Positions 29,758 through 38,942 of a stretch of DNA of 61,131 nucleotides are shown piece by piece. The notes under the pieces are model-generated. The model saw nothing but the letters and a program-made list of their open reading frames with translations. It did no database searches and was not told the origin of the DNA. Numbering within the stretch: the stretch's first letter is position 1; the number at the start of each line of letters is the position of its first letter. This stretch comes from Pseudomonadota bacterium (GTDB taxonomy: Bacteria > Desulfobacterota > Desulfarculia > Adiutricales > JAGVGV01): the NCBI GenBank assembly GCA_018830135.1, contig JAHJTB010000059.1, forward strand, positions 1 to 61,131, read 5' to 3'. A program made the position numbers and the translations under genes.

Positions 29758-30884
29758 TCAAGCCTTTGGGTCGCTGTTTTCCGCATACAGAGCCAGTCCC
29801 AGTTCGAGGGTCGTGCCAAAGGGCCGGGACCGTTCGAGACGGTATAGTTTCAGGGTCCCCTGGGGACAGGCCAGGGTGCATACGCCGCAGCCCAGGCATT
29901 GGTCCGGGCTGGCGCGGGGCGGCCCGCTTCATCGTCAAGCGACAATGCGCCCACCGGACACCGTTCGACGCAGGCCCCGCACATCAGGCAGTCGTCGCCG
30001 GCACGAGGGAAGAAGTTCGAGGGCGATATGGCCCCGGGGTTGTCCCAGCGGGTCCGGCCGCGCAGGTGGCTGCAGCAGCATTCGCAGCAGAAGCAGATGA
30101 CGATGGGATCGGGGGTCAGGGCGTTTTCCGAACTGGCCACCAGGCCCGGGTCCATCATTTCGTCCGCGTACCGCAGGGCCTGCTCCCTGGTCGCCCGGCG
30201 GCCGTAGCCCAGGTCCACGAACTTGCGGCCGTTGTCGCCGGGAATCATGCAGGCGCCGATGGGAAACCGGTCCCGGCACTCGCGCTGGCCCAGCTTTTCG
30301 GTCCGGACTCGGCATGGGCAGGGCACCAGCGCGATATAGTCGGTCTGGAGTCCTTCGATCCGATCGTGGATTTCCTCCGGACTCAGGACCGTCTGTCCCG
30401 CTTCGATACTTTGTTCCACGGGGATGGCCCGGAAGACCGGCGTGCCTTTTCTGGAGTTCTGAAAAAGGCGGTAGAAGCCCTCATCGATGAAAAATTCCTG
30501 GTAGAGCCTTGCCGCTTCGATGTCGTGGGGGCCGACCTCGGGGGTGCGGTGATGGAAGTTGAACAGGTAAAAGATGGTCGGCAGGGCGTGCTGATCCTGG
30601 TCGGGAAGTCCCATCAAGGCGTACCGGGCGTGGAGGCCGGCCAGGATGGCCGTGACTTCATCGATCGGCCGGCCGGCAGCGTTGGCCGCCTGGTCGGCCG
30701 TCTTGAAAAACGGATAGACCTGGAGATGACGGACGATTTCCGCCTCCGGTCGCGTGTAGATCAGCTTCAAAAACTCGATGAAGGCCGTCGATATCCGGCC
30801 CCCGGTCCTGGGGACGCCGAAGGGATTCCGGTCGAAGGCTTCGGCGACCTGGAAATAAATGGCGTCGTCCATGGCTGAATGCAT
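29758..30884 (-). pseudogene. Cys-rich 4Fe-4S dicluster protein with interrupted reading frame (frameshift or assembly error)
   Basis: Frame A (track ORF 29850..30896) carries PCPCR, CFCCECCCSH and CLMCGACVERCP, then degenerates and stops at 29850. A second ferredoxin motif, CLGCGVCTLACPQGTLKL..., continues in another frame to TGA 29758-29760. The frame switch must lie in the GC run at 29902-29928. Start is ambiguous (ATG 30884 or 30872; TTG 30896). Confidence 0.6.
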
Positions 30885-30919
30885 CCTTCGGCCCAAGGGG
30901 CCGATCCGGAACGGTCAGG

Positions 30920-31837
30920 TCAGTCCGGAATGGGCGTCCCGGCGATGAAGTCGACCACGACCCGGGCCAGGTCCTCGCCGCAGTCCTCCTGGAGGAAATG
31001 TCCGCCTCCCTGGATAATCGTGTGGGGCTGGTCCTTGGCGCCCGGAACGTTTTGCTGGAAAATGAGTTCCCCGCCGCCGGTGATCGGGTCGCCGTCGCTG
31101 AAGGCGGTCAGGAAGGGCTTTTCGAAACGGGACAGGACCTCCCAGGCCCGGCGGTTGGCCGGCGCGGCCGGATCGTCCGGGGAGATCGGCACCAGGGACG
31201 GGAAGATGCGTGCTCCCTCCTTGTAGGAATCGTCCGGAAAGGGGGCGTTGTACGCAGCCACGACCTCGTCGGGCACGGGCTTCAGGCAGCCCATTTGAAT
31301 GATGGCCCCCACGTCGAATTCCGGAACTTCCCTTGAGAACTGGCGCCAGTTCATGAATGCGTCGGTGATCGGTCCGTCGCCGGTGGGCAGGCCGGTATTG
31401 GCGGTCACGATCCGGGCGAACCGGTCGGGATGGGCCGCGACGAGTCGCAGCCCGATCAGGCCGCCCCAGTCCTGGCAGACCAGGGTGACGCGCTGAAGAT
31501 CGAGCTGGAGCAGCCAGGACTCCATCCAGTCGACGAAACGCTGGTAGGTATAGTCGTCCTGGTCGGCCGGCTTGTCCGAGCGCCCGAAACCGGGCATGTC
31601 CGGGGCCACGACCCGGGACCCGGCCCCGGCAATAACGGGGATCATCTTGCGGTAAAGATAGGACCAGGAGGGCTCCCCATGCAGAAGCAGGACCGGATCG
31701 CCCGCCTTGAGCCCCTCGTCCAGGGAATGAATCCGCAGTCGGCCGCCCTCGCCGTCAGGGACCTCCATGTACCGCGGTGTAAAATCATATCCGGGCAGAC
31801 TGGCAAAACGGTCGTCCGGCGTCCTTAGACACTTCAT
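30920..31837 (-). CDS. haloalkane dehalogenase (HLD-I, DhlA/DhmA-like alpha/beta hydrolase)
   Basis: 305 aa. Closely follows my recollection of DhlA: RTPDDRF, HGEPSWSYLYRKMIP, nucleophile elbow QDWGG, PFPDDSYKEGARIFP and GGHFLQED (catalytic His). AAGGGGG Shine-Dalgarno. Confidence 0.85.
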   Translation of the reverse strand: MKCLRTPDDRFASLPGYDFTPRYMEVPDGEGGRLRIHSLDEGLKAGDPVLLLHGEPSWSYLYRKMIPVIAGAGSRVVAPDMPGFGRSDKPADQDDYTYQRFVDWMESWLLQLDLQRVTLVCQDWGGLIGLRLVAAHPDRFARIVTANTGLPTGDGPITDAFMNWRQFSREVPEFDVGAIIQMGCLKPVPDEVVAAYNAPFPDDSYKEGARIFPSLVPISPDDPAAPANRRAWEVLSRFEKPFLTAFSDGDPITGGGELIFQQNVPGAKDQPHTIIQGGGHFLQEDCGEDLARVVVDFIAGTPIPD

Positions 31838-31979
31838 GGCTCATACCCCCTTGATTCGTATAGCCGGCCGAAGCGGAGGCCCTAGGTCAGACCTTCAAAC
31901 GTCATGCTCGAAGCCGTTTGCACCAACCGGCCGCCGCGAGATGATTCTACTGAACTGTTTCATTCCGGTCATGCCATTC

Positions 31980-31994
31980 GCGCTTGCCGGGCCA
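31980..31994 (-). promoter_or_regulatory. weak sigma-54 promoter candidate before the dehalogenase sub-cluster
   Basis: The minus strand reads TGGCCC-GGCAA-GCGC. GG and GC are at the exact -24/-12 spacing. It lies about 140 nt upstream of the dehalogenase ATG. The hexamers are degenerate. Confidence 0.25.
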
Positions 31995-32113
31995 GGCAAA
32001 AAAACCGCCCGGGCCGCCGTGGACCGCGGTCCAAGTCGTCCTCCCGCCTGAAGTCCGTCGCGCGCTAACGGCGGAACGGACCTCTGGCGGTTCGAATTAA
32101 TCCTTCGTTTGAC

Positions 32114-33190
32114 TCAGTCACGCTCCCTGGGAATGGGCAGGCCCAGTGTGTTCATGGCCTTGATCACGCCCGGATGGACGAATTTTCTGGGGCCGCCGAT
32201 GGGATAGGGCGTGGAGGGGAAAAGGGCCAGGGCCGCGTGGTACTTGCCGAAGTCCTGGCGGTGTTCGTGCCGGACTCGAACGATCTCCTCGACGATGTCG
32301 TCGGGCAGGCTGGCGTCGCACTGAAGGCACATGAATCCGGCCCGAGCCCAGATGTCCTCTTTCAGAATCTTGGGCAGCGCCTTTTGCTTGATCAGGGCCG
32401 GATAGACGATCTGGTCCTTGGAGAAGTCAAAGCCCTTTTCGGTCCATTCCCTTTCGATGGGCAGGACGAGGATTTTTTTCCCGGAACTCAGGATTTCCAT
32501 GGTCGGAGCGGCCGGGGCCATGACATTGATGAAAAAACTGCCGTCTTCCGCCACTTCCATCCGGGCTCCGAAACCGACCCGGACGGCGTCGAGCTTGCCG
32601 TTGAGAAAGGCGTCCTTGGCCCCGACGTCGCCCAGGGGCGCGAAATCGATCTTGTCGTAAATACCCAGGGCGTTGCCAAATAGGGGCTGATCCAGGAGGA
32701 CCCCCAGAAAGGGCCGTGCTCGTTCGGCCGTGCCCACCCGCTTCCCGGCCAGGTCTTTCAGGCTCTTGATGTTCGGGTCCATGGTCACGTAGAAGCCGAC
32801 CAGACCGGCGTTGGAAACCAGGCTCCTGACCGTGGGCCATTTCAGTTTGTCGAAGGGCTGGCGGCCCTGGGCCAGGTATTCCAGGTTGCCGGTCCCCCCG
32901 GCGAAAATGGTCTGGGGAACCTCGCCGCTTTTCATTTTGGGCAGATTCTGGATCATGTACTTATACATGTACATGGCGCCTGGCGTCTCCTGGTGCTTGA
33001 TGTGCACCCAGGAGCCGGCCTTTTTGAAGACCTGCTCGAAGGCGGCGCCCACGTTGTACATGCCCGTGCCAAAGGGCGTGGTCATGATGACCACGTCCAC
33101 CGGTTTCTTCTGCTCGGCCGCGGCGGGAGGGGCCAGACAGAACGCAAGCGCCAGAACCACGATGAGGCTGATTGCAAATCGTTTCATCAT
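32114..33190 (-). CDS. TRAP transporter TAXI-family periplasmic solute-binding protein
   Basis: 358 aa with a signal peptide (MMKRFAISLIVVLALAFCLAPPAAA). Size and N-terminal pattern (VVIMTTPFGTGMYNVGAA) resemble TAXI receptors. It lies directly downstream of a fused TRAP permease gene. Confidence 0.65.
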   Translation of the reverse strand: MMKRFAISLIVVLALAFCLAPPAAAEQKKPVDVVIMTTPFGTGMYNVGAAFEQVFKKAGSWVHIKHQETPGAMYMYKYMIQNLPKMKSGEVPQTIFAGGTGNLEYLAQGRQPFDKLKWPTVRSLVSNAGLVGFYVTMDPNIKSLKDLAGKRVGTAERARPFLGVLLDQPLFGNALGIYDKIDFAPLGDVGAKDAFLNGKLDAVRVGFGARMEVAEDGSFFINVMAPAAPTMEILSSGKKILVLPIEREWTEKGFDFSKDQIVYPALIKQKALPKILKEDIWARAGFMCLQCDASLPDDIVEEIVRVRHEHRQDFGKYHAALALFPSTPYPIGGPRKFVHPGVIKAMNTLGLPIPRERD

Positions 33191-33227
33191 TTTATCCTCC
33201 TTGAATGTTTGAGAACGATCAATCCGG

Positions 33228-35138
33228 TTATGTTCCCGGGTCGAGAAGCGGCGCCCTTTCGGAAGCCGTTCGTTTTTTTCGCCACTGAAGGGTCAGAAAG
33301 GAAATTGACAGGATCAGGGCGACGAAGAAAAAGACAGTCTGACCGTACAGACCGTGCCAGATGCCGAAAAGGGAGATGGCGAGCAGCAGGACCTGCTGCA
33401 TATTGGAGGTATGGGTGAAGCAGAAGCGCTGGCAAAAGCACATCAGGGCGCCCATGGTCATGGTCAGGGCCAGAAGGACCATGACGGCCGGGACAAGGGG
33501 CTGGCTTTCACCGAAAATGACCGGGTTGTGGATAGTGAAATAAGGCAGCAGAAAAAACGGACCGGCCAGTTTGAAGCTCTCCCAGGCGGTTCTCATGTAG
33601 GAGGCCCCGGCGATCTGGCCGCCTACCAGGGCCGCGCCGGCGATGGGCGGGGTGACGGTGGCCAGGATGGCGTAGTAGTAAACGAAAAAATGGGCCACCA
33701 CGGCGCGGATACCCAGGTCCATCAGAATGGGCGCGGCCACGAAGGCCACGACGATGTAGGCGATGACTGTTGGCGTGGACGAACTGAGCAGGATGGACAG
33801 GATCATGGTCAGGATCAGGGTCGGCAGGAGCAGGCCGCCGCTCAGGCCGGTGATCAGCAGGCTCAGTTTGGTCGAGGCGCCGGTAAAGGTCAGACTTTTG
33901 ATCAGGATGCCGATGCAGCCGCAGGCGAGGCCGAAGGTGGCCCCCATGACCGCGCCGGCGATCAGGTTCCTGACCAGGACCTTGATGTCGGGTCGGGTCG
34001 CCTTCCTGAGGGCTGAGACCGCCAGCAGAGTGACGATTCCGAAAAAGGCGGCATATCCGGCCGAGTAGTGAAGCAGCAGCACGGCCGTCAGCACGCCCAT
34101 GGGCAGGACGAAGATCGGAACCCCGGTGACAAAGACCCGCCAGTCGACCTCGGTTTGGCCGCGGGGTATTTTTTCACGGTGAGCGATGAGGATGACGCCC
34201 ACGATGGCGATGCCGTAATAGAAAAGGGCCGGGATGATGGCCTTGAACATCAGGTCCGCGTAACTGACGCCCAAGAAGCCGGCCATAATGAAGACGGCGA
34301 TGCCCATGATGGGCGGCGTCAGCTGGCCGCCGGTCGAGGCCATGGCCTCGATGGCCCCGGCGATTTCCCCCCGAAACCCAGCCTTTTTCATGACCGGGAT
34401 GGTTACCGAGCCGGTGATGGCCACGTTGGCTACGGCCGCCCCGTTGACCATGCCCACGAAGGAGCTGGAAAAGACAGCCGTCTGTCCCGCCCCACCCGGC
34501 AGGTGCCGGGCGAAAAGGGTCCCCAACTCCATGAAAAAGGTGGTTACCCCGGTCGCCTCGAATATCGAACCGAAGATGACCAGCAGAAAGAGGATGTTGA
34601 CCGAGACGTTGAGCAGCATGCCGTAGATGCCCTGGAAACCCACACTCAGGTTGGAGACGATATACCCGAAATCAAAGGTCGGGTGGCCCATGACCCCAGG
34701 GATGAAATGACCCCACAGGCCGTAAGCGATGGCGATCATGACCAGGGCCGGGAAAATGAAGCCAAAGCTTTTCCAGGTCCCGCCGACGACGAAGACGATC
34801 AGAAGGACGCCGACGACCACGTCACGCGGTTCGGGAAAGCCGGCCTCCATGGTCAGGCGCTTGTTTTCCACGGCCATGTAGGTGATCAGGGCCAGGCTGA
34901 CCAGCACGCCGGTCAGGTAAAGCATTTTCTTCCATTTCCGGGACTCCGTTCCTGCCCAATGAAGAAAAAGCAGCACCAGGCAGAAGCCGAGATGGTTGTT
35001 CTGATTGATCAGTTCACCAAAGATGGGGTTCCAGACGATCATGGCGTGATAGCCGATCATGACCAAGGCCACGCCGGCGGTCAGCCAGGTCAATGCACGG
35101 TTCAGCAAATCCGATGAGTCGGCTTGGCTCGTTGTCAC
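33228..35138 (-). CDS. TRAP transporter fused 4TM/12TM permease
   Basis: Polytopic membrane protein of about 636 aa. The track ORF starts at TTG 35156. I chose GTG 35138, which is preceded by GGAGGGAG. Confidence 0.8.
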   Translation of the reverse strand: MTTSQADSSDLLNRALTWLTAGVALVMIGYHAMIVWNPIFGELINQNNHLGFCLVLLFLHWAGTESRKWKKMLYLTGVLVSLALITYMAVENKRLTMEAGFPEPRDVVVGVLLIVFVVGGTWKSFGFIFPALVMIAIAYGLWGHFIPGVMGHPTFDFGYIVSNLSVGFQGIYGMLLNVSVNILFLLVIFGSIFEATGVTTFFMELGTLFARHLPGGAGQTAVFSSSFVGMVNGAAVANVAITGSVTIPVMKKAGFRGEIAGAIEAMASTGGQLTPPIMGIAVFIMAGFLGVSYADLMFKAIIPALFYYGIAIVGVILIAHREKIPRGQTEVDWRVFVTGVPIFVLPMGVLTAVLLLHYSAGYAAFFGIVTLLAVSALRKATRPDIKVLVRNLIAGAVMGATFGLACGCIGILIKSLTFTGASTKLSLLITGLSGGLLLPTLILTMILSILLSSSTPTVIAYIVVAFVAAPILMDLGIRAVVAHFFVYYYAILATVTPPIAGAALVGGQIAGASYMRTAWESFKLAGPFFLLPYFTIHNPVIFGESQPLVPAVMVLLALTMTMGALMCFCQRFCFTHTSNMQQVLLLAISLFGIWHGLYGQTVFFFVALILSISFLTLQWRKKRTASERAPLLDPGT

Positions 35139-35241
35139 GTTTGATGCTCCCTCCAACCGAAACCGGTTCGGCGGGTCAGTTCAGCCGGGCCTGAATGAAC
35201 ACCATGGAAAAACCAACGGACCTCGCGCTCGGCCGGGTGCT

Positions 35242-36468
35242 TCATGGCCCGGCCCGCTTCAATTCCTCTTTCTTGCCGTTGAAATATATGCTCCGGGCGA
35301 TCAGGCTGGTGTCCCGATTGCCCAGGACGTCCAGCAGTTCAGCCTTCAGGCGGTGCATGTCCCTGGCCTCGGTTTCGGTCAGGTCGGCGGCCAGGGCCAG
35401 GTCCACGAACTGCAGGGCCATGGCCTCCCGGCCCGCGTCCTTCAACGCGCCGGCCCGGTCCATGATGCGGTCTTTGCCTGCCAGGGCCGCGATCTCCGCG
35501 GCCACTTCCGAGCGTTTCGGCGGAAACAGGTTGGAGGGATTGCCGTCGTACCAACCGGTGTACTGGCGCAGGATGCCGTGGACCACAAAGGTCGGGCAGC
35601 CGTATCGCGGGGCCAGGAAGTCGTCGTCCAGCATCTCCGGGGGCAGGGCGACCTGGTGTAAAATGTCCTCGTACCATACGCCCCGGTTGAGCCGGTCGAC
35701 CACTTCCCTGTGGAGGTAGCGCAGGGCGTCCGATATCTTGAGCAGCTTCTCCCGAATCGCCTGGCGACCCTGGATCAGGGGGCCGTGTCCGGGGACCAGG
35801 ACCTCCGGTTCCTTGGCCAGAATGGCCTCGAGGCCTTCGGCCCATTCCAGGGTGTAGCGCTGGACCTTGAAGGGATTGCCCACGTTGGGAAAACTCCAGA
35901 CCACCAGGTCGCCGGCGAACACGGTCTGTTTTTCCGGGAGCCAGACCCATGAAGCGTCATCGGTTTCGCCCAGCTGGTGATAGGCGTGAAAGTCCAGGCC
36001 GCCGATACGGGTGCTCAAGGTCTTGTCGAACAGGATATCCGGATCGCGGGTGGGGTAAGGGAAGGCCGGTACGCCCTCGGGCACGGCAAACTGGACTCGG
36101 TTGATGTACTCGTGATACCCATGAAGCATTCGATACTTGTTCAGCCGCTTTTCGACGTCCCGCTGGGCCACGACCCGGGGCGGGTTGAAGCCCCGTTGCC
36201 TGGCCTCCCGGACCAGAGGGTCGAAAAAGGCATGGTCCAGGTGACCGTGGGTGATGAACAGGGTGTGGACCGGGGCGTCGGAAATCTCACGCAGCCGGGC
36301 GATCATGCCGGTGGCCAATGCGCCCACAGGCACGTCGACGAGCACCAGACCCTCCTCGGTTTCCACGACCCCGGTGTTGCCGAAGCCGGGGATCATCCAG
36401 AGGCCGGGCGCGGCCTTCAGCGGCGCGCCGCCCGAGTTGGAAATCTTTCCGAAAGCATCTTCCGTCAC
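35242..36468 (-). CDS. metallo-beta-lactamase-fold alkylsulfatase-like protein (divergent paralog, no SCP2 domain)
   Basis: 408 aa, GTG start with AAGGAGG Shine-Dalgarno. HxHxDH motif (ITHGHLDH). FPNVGNPFKVQRY and the alkyl-sulfatase dimerisation signature YTGWYDGNPSNLFPPK. Confidence 0.75.
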   Translation of the reverse strand: MTEDAFGKISNSGGAPLKAAPGLWMIPGFGNTGVVETEEGLVLVDVPVGALATGMIARLREISDAPVHTLFITHGHLDHAFFDPLVREARQRGFNPPRVVAQRDVEKRLNKYRMLHGYHEYINRVQFAVPEGVPAFPYPTRDPDILFDKTLSTRIGGLDFHAYHQLGETDDASWVWLPEKQTVFAGDLVVWSFPNVGNPFKVQRYTLEWAEGLEAILAKEPEVLVPGHGPLIQGRQAIREKLLKISDALRYLHREVVDRLNRGVWYEDILHQVALPPEMLDDDFLAPRYGCPTFVVHGILRQYTGWYDGNPSNLFPPKRSEVAAEIAALAGKDRIMDRAGALKDAGREAMALQFVDLALAADLTETEARDMHRLKAELLDVLGNRDTSLIARSIYFNGKKEELKRAGP

Positions 36469-36516
36469 GTCAGTCCTCCTTGTCGCTAGCCGGCGCCTCG
36501 GGGGGCGCCCGGATGT

Positions 36517-37554
36517 TCAGCCGCCCTCGTTTTCCGTGTCAAAGGTGATCAAGGGGTCGAGATGCTCGGGCCGAACGGCCAGTTCCGTGCCATCCTCCCG
36601 GCGGACGACGATGCCTGAAGCGTGGAGACGCTCCATCAGGGCCTGACGATGCTCCCGCGGCCCGCTGCAGACCAGGGCGCAGTTGCAGCAGGTCGGCTGG
36701 GTCTCCTCGCGGCCTCGGGCCAGAACGCCATGTCTGAGGTTGTCCGAAAAGATATGCCCGCGGATATACTCCGAAGCCGGATCGCTGAGGGCCCGGTTAA
36801 AGGCGAGGCCGAGGGCCCGGTCATCCTCTCCGACCCGGTAGCGGAGGGTGGCCCAGGTGGACCAGGCCCGGTCGCGGCTCAGGCCGACCAGGCCGGCACA
36901 GACCAGGCCGCAACGCATATGATTGCCTTTGGCGTTGCAGACGTATTCGCGGCCGCCCAGGGTCACCGAATCCGATGCCTTGGCCTGGACGAATCCCAGG
37001 GGGCAGACCCGGGAGCAGATGCGGCAGCCGTCGCACAGGTTCGATTCCAGGGGCGCGTCCGGGGGCAGGTCGGCCTCGGTGAGCACGGCGCCCAGGAAGA
37101 CCGCCGACCAATGGCCTTCAACCATGACGTTGCCGCTCCAGCCCAGGGTGCCCACGCCCGAAGCCAGGGCGGCGTAGCGCAGGGAAAAGTCCGGGACCAT
37201 GAAGCCTCCGGGTTTGGACGCTTCCCGCCGGTAGACTCCGTTGGGCTGGGGGGCGGCGGCGGGAAAACCGGCGGATTCGAGCATGTCCTTCAGCCGGCCG
37301 CCGATGGCCCCGATCGACTGGTACGTGTCGTACATCACGTCGGCGAAGACCCGGCGGGTCTTTTTGGAGAAGTAATCGGGAATCCAGTCCCGGCCCAGGG
37401 GCAGGGCAAAGGCGACCACGGAGCGCGCTCCGGGCAGCAGGTAGGCCGGGTCGGCCGAAGGCGGCCCCTGCAGGGCGGCCAGGTCCGCCACCCCGGCCCG
37501 GATCGCTCCCATGGCCAGGGCCATGTTGATCAGGTCGTCCTTCAGGTTCTTCAT
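36517..37554 (-). CDS. Fe-S oxidoreductase, epoxyqueuosine-reductase / reductive-dehalogenase-like
   Basis: I chose ATG 37554 (MKNLKDDLINMALAMGA) with GGAGA Shine-Dalgarno. CDGCRICSRVCP plus further Cys clusters (CGLVCAG, CCNCALVCSGP). The N-terminal region is of QueG/RDH type. The family call is tentative. Confidence 0.5.
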   Translation of the reverse strand: MKNLKDDLINMALAMGAIRAGVADLAALQGPPSADPAYLLPGARSVVAFALPLGRDWIPDYFSKKTRRVFADVMYDTYQSIGAIGGRLKDMLESAGFPAAAPQPNGVYRREASKPGGFMVPDFSLRYAALASGVGTLGWSGNVMVEGHWSAVFLGAVLTEADLPPDAPLESNLCDGCRICSRVCPLGFVQAKASDSVTLGGREYVCNAKGNHMRCGLVCAGLVGLSRDRAWSTWATLRYRVGEDDRALGLAFNRALSDPASEYIRGHIFSDNLRHGVLARGREETQPTCCNCALVCSGPREHRQALMERLHASGIVVRREDGTELAVRPEHLDPLITFDTENEGG

Positions 37555-37585
37555 ACGGTGTCTCCAGGTCCGGTCCGAAAACGAA

Positions 37586-38914
37586 TCACTGCCGCTCACG
37601 TCCGCGTTCGTCCTGGGCCAGGACCACGCTGGCGGTCGGTGTTTCATCCGGACCGCGGTCCGCGGCCTCCAAGTCCCGGGCCGCCGCCATGAACACGCCC
37701 ATGGCCATGGTCGATGTCTCGACTCGCGCCCGGTCCTGGTAAACCCCGGCCATGTCGCGGGCCAGGGCCGGGTCGCCGGGCGCGGCCAGGCAGGCCCAGT
37801 CGGCCAGGTGGCAGGCCAGCCGGAAGTCGCCGGCCTTGGCCAGTTCCAGGGCCCGGGCGGCCAGTTTGTCCGCGCCGCCGGCCAGCCGGGCGATCTCCTC
37901 GGCCTGGACCTTTTCCGGGGCGGGCTTGAGGTGGGAGGGAGTGCCGTCGTACCAGCCGCCGTACAGACGCCAGATGTTGCGGACGATGAACTCCGGTTCG
38001 TCGTAGACCGGGTGCAGGTAGGGCTTGGCCAGCAGGTCCTCCGATACTTTGACCGAGTGGATGACCGTATCCAGGGAGGCGCCCTGGTTCATCAGGGTCA
38101 TGGTCTGCTCGTGAATGGACTCGAGCAGGGCGGCGTTGTCTTCAAGCACCTGACGCACGCGGTCCGCGCCCATGACCGGCCAGCCGTGGCCCGGCAGGAG
38201 CACCTCGGGTTCGAGGGCCGCCATTTCCCGCAGGGCCAAGGCCCAGTCCTTGCAATACCGCTGGAACTTCTGCGGATTGCCGGCGTTGGGCACGCACCAG
38301 AATATCAGGTCCCCGGTGCAGAGGACCCGGGTGTCCGGAAAAAAGACCCAGGTGTGGTCGTCGGTCTCGCCCCGGGCGTGATGCAGCAGGACGGTCACGC
38401 CGCCGACCCGGATGGTCAGGCGGTCCTTGTAGACCACGTCCGGATAATAAAAATCGTCCGGGAAATGGATGGGGCCCGCGCCGCCCTGGAACTGGCGGAC
38501 GTTGATGGCCTCGTTGTAGCCTCGCGATTCCCGGTAGCGGTCGAACCGGGCCGGCATGGCCTCATGGGCGATGGCCCGGGGAGGCGGCCATCCTTTTTCA
38601 CGGGCTTCCCTGGCGTATATGGGCACGCCGAAGCAGTGGTCCACGTGCCCGTGGGTGAATATGGCCGTATTGAGCCGCTGGCCGGTCACGGCCCGGACCG
38701 CTTCGAACTTGATCTCCGGGCCCAGGAACCCGCTCGGATCGACCATGACCAGGCCCTCGGACGTCTCCCGGATGACGGTATTGGAAAAGAACTTGTGGAA
38801 CCAGGTGGATTCGGCCACCTGATCCGTGCCGTAGGGCAGGCTGAGGGGATGGTGGGCATACGTGTCGGCCTGCCCGATCCACACGGCTTCCGCAAAATCC
38901 AATATCTCTCCCAT
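37586..38914 (-). CDS. metallo-beta-lactamase-fold alkylsulfatase-like protein (tandem paralog A)
   Basis: 442 aa from ATG 38914 (MGEILDF) with GGAGG Shine-Dalgarno. FTHGHVDH, PNAGNPQKFQRY and YGGWYDGTPSHLKPAPE. The C-terminal helical region is ARLAGGADKL...TSTMAMGVFM. No SCP2-like C-terminal domain. Confidence 0.8.
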   Translation of the reverse strand: MGEILDFAEAVWIGQADTYAHHPLSLPYGTDQVAESTWFHKFFSNTVIRETSEGLVMVDPSGFLGPEIKFEAVRAVTGQRLNTAIFTHGHVDHCFGVPIYAREAREKGWPPPRAIAHEAMPARFDRYRESRGYNEAINVRQFQGGAGPIHFPDDFYYPDVVYKDRLTIRVGGVTVLLHHARGETDDHTWVFFPDTRVLCTGDLIFWCVPNAGNPQKFQRYCKDWALALREMAALEPEVLLPGHGWPVMGADRVRQVLEDNAALLESIHEQTMTLMNQGASLDTVIHSVKVSEDLLAKPYLHPVYDEPEFIVRNIWRLYGGWYDGTPSHLKPAPEKVQAEEIARLAGGADKLAARALELAKAGDFRLACHLADWACLAAPGDPALARDMAGVYQDRARVETSTMAMGVFMAAARDLEAADRGPDETPTASVVLAQDERGRERQ

Positions 38915-38942
38915 GATGCCTCCTTGGATGATGCCGTCCGGC

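Noticed and set aside
31998-32035. T7 run (minus strand) after the TAXI gene, considered as an intrinsic terminator.
   Set aside because: The preceding GC-rich sequence forms palindromes (GGACCGCGGTCC, GCCCGGGC) but no convincing stem-loop immediately 5' of the T run.
29758-37554. The two Fe-S proteins considered as anaerobic sulfatase-maturating enzymes (radical SAM).
   Set aside because: Neither contains the CxxxCxxC radical-SAM motif. Their Cys clusters are ferredoxin-type CxxCxxCxxxCP plus other arrangements.
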